DNA of 32,000 nt from Candidatus Saccharimonadota bacterium. GTDB taxonomy: Bacteria; Patescibacteriota; Gracilibacteria; BD1-5; UBA2023. The stretch spans positions 1-32,000 of the forward strand of contig BAAFHK010000001.1 in NCBI GenBank assembly GCA_042852035.1, read 5' to 3'. The position numbers were made by a program, and so were the translations under genes. Positions 9,610 to 19,440 of the stretch are shown here, one piece after another; within the stretch, counting starts at the first letter, position 1, and every line of letters begins with the position of its first letter. Under the pieces are notes generated by a model that saw only the letters and a list, made by a program, of their open reading frames with translations, was not told where the DNA came from and did no database searches.

Positions 9610-12600
9610 ATGTTTACTCGCGATATAAAATCTTCTAGCATCATTGATTTCTCAAAATTGAAGCACCAGAAGAGGGCTGAAGCAGAACCAGCATGATGAG
9701 CATCAGTACAAAGCGTGGATGATTATATTGCAGCAATGAAAAAGCATATTGCGTCAATAAAGGAAAGAGATCCACAGAAGGCTCAAGTAATGGAGCAGGT
9801 TGTAGCTGATATTGAAAAGGCAAAGAGTACCCTCTGAAGATCACTTTCACGCCTTCATAAATCTATGCCGAAGCCAACGAGTTACGAAGATGGTGAGCAA
9901 CTGGCTATTAGGGCTTTTACTTCAGTCGGTATAGATCAGAAAGTTGCTGAAGATTATGCTGAAGTTTTTGTCGATACTATAAAGAAGACTCAACTCGGCC
10001 TTGCGGAACTGAAAGTAAGCGTAGACCATAGTGATGGTATTGACTTTGCTGAGATGAAAGATTTGATCCTTGATCCAGCGAATTTTACAGAAACACAGAA
10101 TAAAGAACGTTTCCTCTCAATCTTCCGTGGAATGAAGAAGTCAGCTGTTCGTACGAGTAACTTTGGAGCCCATCAGGTTGAATCTGCTATTAGCACCTAC
10201 CTATGAGATGCTACTAAGCTTGCATCGAGTGTAAAAACAATTACAGGAAAGGATTTTGGAAAGGAAGAACCAGTAAATCAGGCATTAGCAAAGGAATATA
10301 TTGCAAAAATAAATGAGCGTGCTGATTTTCTTTCTCGTATGTATGCTCTTTATAATGGAGCACCTCAGATGTGAGGACTTGAGGCTGTAATGTTAGGAAA
10401 GGATAATGAACTCCTTGCGACTCTCTTTGCTCGAGAGGATTTTGCTGCCAAATTAAAAGATAAATGAGTCAGCTCTGAAAGCCTTCTTCAATATGTAAAG
10501 GATACTGGAATCACTCTTCCAATCCCGTCACTTTGATTCATTGGATCATATACGAGTTCAATTGATACCAAGAGAAATGAAGCTGGATTAAGATCTAATA
10601 ATAGCCACCTCGGAGAGGCAGCATATGTTGAATCGAATCTTTTTGGACTTATAGACCAAGCGAGAGGAAAGGAACCAGCAACATTTGGAAAGGTGGTGGC
10701 AGATATCGTACGTACGATTGTTCGTCCAGTGGAAGCTGGTGTATCAATCGATAGAAGAGCTCGACTTATAGAAAATAGTGCACTCGTTACAGCGCTTTCA
10801 TGGAATGCTATCTTCGATATGAAGACAGGGACAGTAAATGAAGCATGGGAAGCGAATATTACAAAATTAGTAGAGGAATTTCAAAAATCAAATAGTCTCC
10901 CAGAAGGTTTTAGTAAAGAGGCTTTTGTTGCGAGTATGAAGGAAAAAGTAGCATACTTCGATACTATTAAGAGTACAGGAGATAAGGCTCAGGCAGAAAA
11001 TGTTCTCAAACTTGGAGTTATGAGACAGGCATTCGTTAATCAAGCAGCTGAACTTACAGCAAGTCGTGTTGATCAAGGAGCAAAATTTGATGGAGTATCA
11101 GCAGGGTTAGCACTTGTGGTCCTTCCATTTGTAAAATTCAATACTTCAAATGTTGCCGTTTCTCGACAGGGAGTCTCAGAAGCATCAAATGATGTAGCAA
11201 GAGTATCGGCAGGGCTTGTCCGATGAAAAGAAGGACAACAGCTCGATGCGGTATGATTTACTCTCGCTCGAGATGGAGATAACTATGTCTATACTCCAAA
11301 AGAAGGGGTAAGCTATGATTATAAAAAGGTAACACTTCCAGAATGAGTCACTCTCTCAGCTGATGGAAAATCTCTAGTAAGTAAAGAACCACTTTCGCTT
11401 CATGTTACCCAGAGTAGTTCAGTTGACATGAGAAAGGGGGTATCTTCTGTTCTTGTAGTGAAGGTTGCTGAGGCGATAAAAACAAAGGTGGAACTAAAAA
11501 ATATGTATACCCTTGATGCGGATGGTCGTACGTATACATTTAATGATAAACTCGGTAAGGCTACCCTTGATTTTAGTGCCGTAAAATGAGCTGCTTATGA
11601 TGAGAAGGCAAAAAAACTCACACTTCCTTCATGAGTAGAAGTTGTTATGAGACCAGAAAAGGGCGCTGACGGTATCCTTACAAAGATAGTCTTCCTTCCG
11701 AAAGCAGTTTCATCCGTTGATGCTGCTCAGGATGCGGAATCACTGAGAAAGCTCGAGAAGTCACTTGGCGGATCAATTTATATCATGAGTCGTGAAGCAG
11801 CGAAGTACCCTGATTTTACAGACTTCCTCCTCTTAATTTCTGGTCAAAAATACTCTGAGGCAGCGAATGCGCTCGGAAAGATGAAGAAATACCAAGTAAC
11901 ACAAAATATCATAAAAGCTCTCGGTGGTATGGACGCTATTAACGCAAGTCCTGATAAGCTCGCCGTACTTCTTACTTATACTTACGGAGCTATCAATCGC
12001 CTTCTTTGAGGAAATGCGAAAGCATCAGATTACAGCGCTGCTCGTAAAGATACGCATAGAGCGGAAGTGAATCTTGCTCCGAATCGAGCCAATGATGCTA
12101 ACGAAGCTACTTTTTCAAAGATTCAAAGTCATACGCCAACACCACTTACTGGAATTTACGGATCGGATCGTTCTATTGCTGTTTCAGTTTTTGCAACACC
12201 ACTCTGAGGACGCCATCGTATCGATAAGGTGGACGGATCGATTAATGTCAGTAAAGAAGCAAGAGCAGAACTTAATGAGAACCAGAAAAAGGCAGTTATT
12301 GAAGAGCATGCAAAGATTATTCAAGCAGGACTTGACCGAGTGAACGCCATCCTTCCTGATGGTAAAAAAATGACATTAGAACAATACAAAGCAGTTCTTC
12401 TCAGTGGAAAAGTTGAAGGCTTTCCAGGACTTGAAATGGTAAAAAAGGCAGAATTCTTTGAAGCTCGTGCAATGATTCAATGAAACTTCTGTGCCAACAA
12501 AGTTGAAGGTATGGTGCTCCCATCATTTCGAGTGAAGAATGAAGGAGGGGACTATTCGTATGAAAGTAGCACACGTACTCCTCAGTATACCTCAGAGAGT

Positions 12601-13014
12601 ATATTTAACGGAGATCGCATGGCAGTAGATGGAAGTAGTATAGGTATCGGTGCATTAAAGGCTCGTTCAAAAGGTCAAGATAAACCAGATGGCAGTACCG
12701 AGCCAGGTCAACAACCTGAACCAAATGGTAGCACTACCCCTGGAGTTATTAGGGACGGAAGTACCGGAACAACCTGAACTGGTGGTGCCTGACAGAGTGG
12801 CTCTACAAATATTATTAATGGTGGTGCCTCTGGGCCTGGTGGGAATATTATTAGGCCTCCTGCAACATGAGCTACAGGTCCATGAACTACGGTTCCTCCT
12901 GGTCCAGTAATCTCTCCAAGTGCAGCATCAGAATGATCAAACTTTGGTTCTCATATTACAAAAGCAGCTCTTGGAGCATGAGCGTGAAATGAGGCTTGGG
13001 ATACTCTGCAATAG
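9610..13014 (+). CDS. Large orphan protein (1134 aa) with no obvious signal peptide and a Gly/Pro-rich C-terminal tail
   Basis: One frame joins track ORFs 9865-10206, 10693-11226, 11647-12009, 12229-12483 and 12511-12777. ATG 9610 is the first start after the in-frame TAA at 9586. The stop is TAG 13012-13014. No family is recognisable by eye. There are internal repeat-like units ('KKVTLPEGV' and 'KKLTLPSGV'). Confidence 0.75.
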
Positions 13015-13065
13015 AGAGAATAATTGACAATATTTATTTCATATATACTATAACAAAAAAATACC

Positions 13066-13365
13066 ATGAAACATATACATATTACATTATTTATTGCAGG
13101 GGTTCTTCTTGTTACCGGATGTACCCAGAATGCAGATAAAAATGCTTCACCAAACAAAGAGGTTCCACCTGTAGAAACTGTAACAAACACATCTTCACTC
13201 CAAGGAAATGTTACTCCAGAAAAAACTGAACTTCACGGAGCTGAAATCGCAGGGAAAACCCAAGACTTCCCAGCTCCAAGTGATGATGGTACTCCTCATA
13301 CTCCAATTCCAGTAAGTGCTCCCATCGTTGGCGAATCCCAATCCTTTCCTCCCTCAGTAAAATAA
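13066..13365 (+). CDS. Small lipoprotein (99 aa)
   Basis: MKHIHITLFIAGVLLVTGC carries a lipobox (VTGC). The remainder is Pro/Thr/Ser-rich and probably disordered. The ORF is intact in either genetic code. Confidence 0.75.
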   Translation: MKHIHITLFIAGVLLVTGCTQNADKNASPNKEVPPVETVTNTSSLQGNVTPEKTELHGAEIAGKTQDFPAPSDDGTPHTPIPVSAPIVGESQSFPPSVK

Positions 13366-13389
13366 TTGTCCATCTCTAATTTTCTTTCT

Positions 13390-16300
13390 ATGAAACGTTC
13401 ATATTCCACCTTCCTAGGAACTGTGCTTGTCACACTTGCCACCACCATGGTTGGGCAGTCGGCATATGCATTTGACACGACTTGATGTGATCAAGTCTTT
13501 CCTTCAGTACCCTTGAGACAAGGGTATAGCTATACCTTCTATGATGATTATACAAATCACAATAGTTATAAGCATTGGGTAGGAAACCCAAGTGTTGTTA
13601 TTCAAGAGCAGTATGACTATAATCAGTCATCAAACTTACCTGCCTTCGGTCTTTCGAGTGCTCTTTTAGGGCAATCGCAGATTGTGAATGGTGGACAGAA
13701 GATTCGTGCTATTCAGGCAGCTTCAAGTTATCCAATCATTGCTCGACCTGCTACACGAAGTCCAGACAATCTGGTAATACGTTATACGCTCGACTATTAT
13801 GGAGAGAGTGGTCAATCATGGATTGGTCCTTATACTCATGTCGAATGTCAACCATACGAAATCACATGGTGTGGTGACGGAGTTGAAGATAGTAGTGAAG
13901 GTGAGCAATGTGATCTTGGTACATCAAACGGAAGGGAAGGATCTTCTTGTAGTGCTACCTGTACTGATGTTCCACCTCCTCCTCCAGTTGCAGGTGTCTG
14001 TAGTACTACAGTAACTTGACCTCAATCCTCTCCACTTACCAATGGATCATGTAATGTTGGTTCAGTAGTTGGATTTACTTCTGCTGGAACAAATCCTGTA
14101 AATTACTCATGGACTTGTAGTGGTCTTAATGGCGGACCTTCAAGCCCAACATGTAGAGCATCATATACTCCACCTCCCCCTCCAGTTGATGGTGTCTGTA
14201 GTTCAACCGTATCTTGAGAAGTGGCATATCCACTTACCAATGGATCATGTAATGTTGGTTCAGTAGTTGGATTTACTTCTGCTGGAACAAATCCTGTAAA
14301 CTACAGTTGGAAATGTAGCTGACAAAATGGCGGAAACCAAAGTCCTACTTGTAGCGCAGTATATAGAACTCCAGTAAATGGTGTCTGTGGACCAACAAAT
14401 GGAACTAATGTTGCATCAAAACCAAATACCGGTCTTTGTAGTGTTGGAACACCTTCAGTTGTTAATGGAAATGGTCCTTGGACTTGGTCATGTGCAGGAA
14501 CAAACGGTGGTACAACTGCCAATTGTAGTGCAAATCCAATACCAGTAGATGGTGTTTGTTGACCTGCTGATGGTGTGGTAACCAATGTTGCACCAACCAC
14601 TGGTCTTTGTAATGTTGGAACACCCTCAGCTGTTACTGGAACTGGTCCTTGGGCGTGGACGTGTGCTGGAACAAACGGTGGTGCAACTGCCAGCTGTGGA
14701 GCACCTATATGTGAACCGATGAATTTTATACTTTCAGTAAAGAAATACGTAGATGGATTCGATGCTCAAGATACTGATCCGCCAGTTGCCAAAAATCCCG
14801 GAGATTCTCTGATCTATACGATTATCGTAAAGAACGAATGAATTGCATCTACAAGTGGTGCAACGACTATACTTGATGATCTTCCATTCAATATTAGCCA
14901 AAATGGATCCCCCTCAGGACCTGGTTGGAATTGTAGCGCTAGTACGCCAACTCGAATATCATGTACCTCTACAGCAGTTATTCCTTCATGATCAACTTAT
15001 CCAACTATTACTGTTCCTGCTAAGGTAGCGAGCGGTGCGACTGGATTGATTCGAAATCTTACGGTTGTAACTACAAGTAACCCTGATGGATCAACGGCTC
15101 CAGGAAGAGATAGAGACCCAGCTTCTATTATTCTTCCTCAGGATGGAAAATGTAGCTCTACTCTCAGTGGAACCCTTTCTTCACCTATAACTGCAGGTGC
15201 CTGTGATATTGGAACTCCTATTAACTTTACTGTTACCTGAACCAACCCGATTAATTATTCTTGGAATTGTACAGGTGTAAATAGTGGAGCAACAAGTCCT
15301 GTGTGTCGAGCGAACTATACATGTCAATCAAATCCATGTACTGGTAGTGATTATCCAGTGATTTCTATAAAGAAGGCAGCTGAAGGTCGTGATGGTCAAA
15401 CAATCAGTGATGCTGCTCAAGTAGCTCCAGGATCATCATTTAGTTATACCTATACCGTTCAAAATACTGGATCTGGTACAGCTACAGGAGTGACTATTAC
15501 TGATACTCTTCCTCAATACGTTTCTGTAACTGCAGTTCCTACTGGTACGGATTGGACTTGTGCTAAATGAACAAAGGTAGTTGCGAGTGTAACTCACCAT
15601 ACTATTGTCTGTACATATACAAAACCACTTCTTCCAAGAACTACAGCTCCAGTTGTTACAGTGCCAGCACTTCTAAGTCCTTCTACTCCAGTAGATAGTG
15701 CTCTTCGAAATGTTGCGTACGTTTGTCGCGCTTGAGCAAGCTTACTCGAATGTGATCATACTTGTACGAATCCAAATGACCCAAGTTGTACTCCACCTCC
15801 TCCTCCTCCAAATTGTGACCCAATGCCAGGAAGTCCAAATTATGACCCTGCATGTGTAACGACAGGGACTGGATTCAAACTATCCATAAAGAAATATGTT
15901 GATTTTAATGATGCTCAAACGACAGCTTCTGGTTATGTAGTAAGCTACAATCAACTTATAAATTACAGTATTATTGTAAAGAATGAGGGACCCCTTTCTA
16001 CAACAGGTGTTACTACCGTAACTGATGCTCTGCCTGTCGGAGTGGCTCTCAGTGGTACTATTACTGGTACTGGATGGAGCTGTAGCGGAACATCGTCTAT
16101 TAGCTGTAATTCATCTCTTGTTATTGCTTGAGGCTCAAGTTTTCCTGCGATAAATATCCCAGTTCGTGTTACTGCTACTTCTGGAAGCGTCCTCAACGAG
16201 GCAATCGTAAGCAATCCAAATGGGACAACTGATCCAGGAAAAGACAGAGATCCAGCCGTTATACTTATCGGAAATTATCTTCTTTCTATAAAAAAAGCAG

Positions 16301-18807
16301 CGAAAGGACTCGACGGTCAAGCACTTAGTGATGCTGCCCAAGTGGTTCCAGGTGAGTCATTTAACTATACCTATACCGTTCAAAATACTGGATCTGGTAC
16401 AGCTACAGGAGTCACTATTACTGATACTCTTCCTCGTTATATTACTGTAACAGCTGTTCCAACTGGAACTGATTGGACTTGTTCAAAAGGCACAAAAACT
16501 TCTTCCTGAGTAACATATAATACAGTTATCTGTACCTACTCAAGACCACTTCTTGCCGGGGCAACAGCTCCAGTGGTTACAGTTCCTGCTATGGTAGATC
16601 CTGCAACTCCAGAGGGTTCTCAGCTTCGAAATGTGGCATATGTATGTTCGTCTGGAAATACCACAACAGAGTGTAATCCTGGATGTACAGACCCAAATAA
16701 TCCAAGCTGTACTCCGCCTCCACCTCCTCCAAATTGTGACCCAATGCCAGGAAGTCCAAATTATGATCCTGCGTGTGTCGTTGCAAGTAGTGCAAAACGT
16801 TGTGATGCACTCATTTCAAGCCCATCTGCTTCTACTCTTGCTCCAGCTTCGAGTGTTTCATATAGCTGTACGGCTGCAGGTTCTGGAATAATTCTTGCAA
16901 ACCTTGATTACCGTATTACCTGTGGTTCTACAGATTCTTCGGCAACATATGGTTCTTGAAATACAAAAAACTGTACTCTTCCGAATTCATATGGAGTATC
17001 ACAAACAGTTACCTGTAGTGTAAAAGATAGAACAACTGGTGTGGTCTACTCAGGTTCAGATGCTGGTTCATGTAGTGTTACAAAATATACTACGAGTGGT
17101 GGATGTACATGAAATTGTGGATGAAGTAATATGTACTATATTCCAAAGTGTGTGAATAATATCCCAACTTGTACCCAGTATGTAGCAAATTCACTTGCTG
17201 ACTGTAATGCAGCTAATGGAAATAACTGTATGTCTCATGCACAGTGTGATCCTGCTGGTCTTTCTTCACTTTCATGTTCATGAGGTGGTGGAGGAGGGTA
17301 CTGTGGAGATGGCGTACTTCAACCTTCTTCTTGAGAAGAATGTGATGTATGATTTAGTCCACTTATCCCAAGCGATAAGCGCTGGTGTGGTCAACCTGGA
17401 GAAGTTGATGCTTCTGGAAATAGCGTTGCTTGTAAGGTTCGTACAACTACAAACCCTGGCGATAACCCAATCACTGGTCTCTGGATGACAATCCCTCGCC
17501 TCTCAAGTGCTCGACTTGGAAATTCACAACTCGATGTAGTTCCAGGAAGCCCAAATCTTGGTCGCGTAAACTTTGCCTCTTACCAAATGGTTCTCGGTCT
17601 TAATACTCAAGCCTTTACACTTGCTGATACTGTTGGATTTGGAATCAAGACAGGTGAGCCACTTGCTCTTGCTATTCCAAAGAATAAGTATTTCTGTCTT
17701 GGCACAGACGGTACAGCCCTCAATAGTAATACAATATGTACAACATTTGGAGCACTTGCGGATAGCACCTTCCAAACATATCCAAATGTTCTCGATCCAA
17801 GTAATCCATATATCCTTATAGGAGATGGTTACTACCAATACCCTTCGACACAAAATCCTGATGGTTCTTGGAACTATCTCTGAGGAAATGCAAGTTCGCC
17901 AAGCAATATGATTCTGTTCCGTTGACCGACAACATATGGTACAAATACTCTTGCTTCTGCCTTCCGTGGAGACAAACTTGGTACTGATAAGATTACTCTC
18001 TTCCACTATAGTGCTGTTTGAGCTCTTCCAATCGATCTCGTAACTCTCCCTGTAAAGGTTTCAAGTCCAATGGTTGGTACCTCTTCGACAACTCTTACTC
18101 GCAGTAGTATTACTACATTTATGAATAGCAGAGATGCTCTTCGAGATTTCCTTTCACACTTTAGTAATTCGACAACAACCTCAACAGTAGTAAATACTCC
18201 AAATTCAAATCCAAACACTGCTGTAAATGTAATCTCACTCGGATCAAAAACTGCTCCAATCGGAGGACTAAATGTCTCAGGTACGACAGAACTTGCTGGA
18301 TATACTCTCAATGGAAACAGCAATGTCTACGCAGTAAAATGAGATGTTACTCTCAATTGTACAAGCGGAATAACAGCTACATCTCTTTCAGGAGTAAAGA
18401 CACTTGTTGTCGAAAATGGAAATCTTACTATCAATTGTAATAATTCTTATCCTACTTCTGATACTTCTTCAAGTTGGGCATTCATTGTTAAGGGTGGAAA
18501 CATAAAAATTTCTAATAATGTCACCAATATTGTTGGAGTTTACGTCACAATTCCAGAGGCAAGTGTTGGTGGAAAGTACCTCTCAAGTGAAGGAACAAAC
18601 ACCAATAGCATTATCACTATTAATGGTAGCCTCTACGGTGATGCTGCTGACCTTATGAGCAAGCGTAACTACCTTCGTGGTACGAATGCATATGATACAC
18701 TCACAACAGGAGTAATTCTCTCTTACTCTAATCGTGCTCTCGTATCTCCTCCACCTCTTCTTACACAATATCTTAACAACTATACTGTTACCAGAGTGGT
18801 TAGATAA
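13390..18807 (+). CDS. Giant secreted cysteine-rich surface protein (1805 aa) with DUF11-type repeats, Cys-repeat modules, CGDG..EECD repeats and a beta-helix-like C-terminus
   Basis: A single 1806-codon frame joins track ORFs 13513, 14575, 15046, 15301, 15823, 16573, 17485 and 18070 through TGA codons, ending at TAA 18805-18807. The signal peptide is MKRSYSTFLGTVLVTLATTMVGQSAYA. DUF11-like units read 'SIKKYVD..DAQ....PGDSLIYTIIVKNEG....TILDDLP'. There are five 'GVC...G..LC.VG....G.GPW.W.C.G.NGG....C' repeats and 'CGDGV....GEQCD.G..N' repeats. Confidence 0.85.
14031..14300 (+). repeat. Intragenic tandem duplication with 198-nt period and a 72-nt identical core
   Basis: nt 14031-14102 are identical to 14229-14300. 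Flanking sequence (13983 versus 14181 onward) is similar but diverged. Confidence 0.9.
15361..16781 (+). repeat. Intragenic duplication of a roughly 500-nt module at a 921-nt offset
   Basis: 15361-15860 parallels 16282-16781 (DUF11 unit, Cys motif and PPPPPPNCDPMPGSPNYDPACV hinge). There are identical runs, for example 15445-15491 = 16366-16412 and 15808-15845 = 16729-16766. Confidence 0.9.
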
Positions 18808-18821
18808 ATAGGTCCCAGAAA

Positions 18822-18848
18822 AATACTCCCGAAATCGGGAGTATTTTT
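18822..18848 (+). terminator. Rho-independent terminator
   Basis: Stem aatactcccg / cgggagtatt (18822-18831 and 18836-18845) with loop aaat, followed by a T-run. Confidence 0.8.
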
Positions 18849-18866
18849 GTATATTTTGAATTGTTA

Positions 18867-19403
18867 TTATTGAACTTGACCAAGTACCTTTTCTACCGCA
18901 TTTTGAACACTTTCCGTTTCTTTATGAACATACACTATAGTTCAGGATTTTTTTCAAAGTTCATAATATCATGCTTGTTTGAGGTGGGGTCAGAGGGCCT
19001 CCCTTTTTTTCATATCAATAAGAGCACTGAGACATGTTTGCACTCAAGGAATGCTATTTCTTCTTGTAATCGCTAAGAGAGCACTCTGAATTTCAATTAC
19101 TCTTCATTTCCTGCTTGCATGAGGATTGAGATTGATGCCCTGAGGGGGAACAATAATAATCCGATTTTGATGAAAAATCTCAGGAACTAAGAAGCTAAAA
19201 CTTCCTGCATCACCATTCATATCCCAAGTGAGTAGCTTCTGTTCTCCAGTAAAAACTTTTCCATATTGCCCATCTGGATTTAAAAGTTCATGAACTCTTC
19301 GATTTGCTTGATTTTCGCTCCCATCCCAGATTTCTCAAAATCCATCTTTTATCCTACGGGGAAGAAAGGGGCGTTCTCAAATGGCATTGTATTGAATTTG
19401 CAT
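18867..19403 (-). CDS. Orphan protein (178 aa) co-oriented downstream of uvrB
   Basis: Runs from ATG 19403 to TAA 18867-18869. It has 8 in-frame TGA and no TAA or TAG, checked triplet by triplet. It starts 37 nt after the uvrB stop. No family is recognised. Confidence 0.55.
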
Positions 19404-19440
19404 ATTGAGAAGTATAAACTATTTCTCAAGAATAGTAAAG

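Noticed and set aside
13024-13050. A TTGACA box upstream of the lipoprotein gene, considered as a promoter.
   Set aside because: No acceptable -10 hexamer lies at 16-18 nt spacing; the best, TATAAC, is at 19 nt. It is left unannotated as a feature.
17524-18006. 160-aa minus-strand track ORF. The same applies to 14301-14600, 15963-16214, 18006-18323 and the plus-strand off-frame ORFs within 13390-18807.
   Set aside because: All lie inside the 1806-codon giant gene frame. Their low-complexity translations are typical of off-frame or antisense reading.
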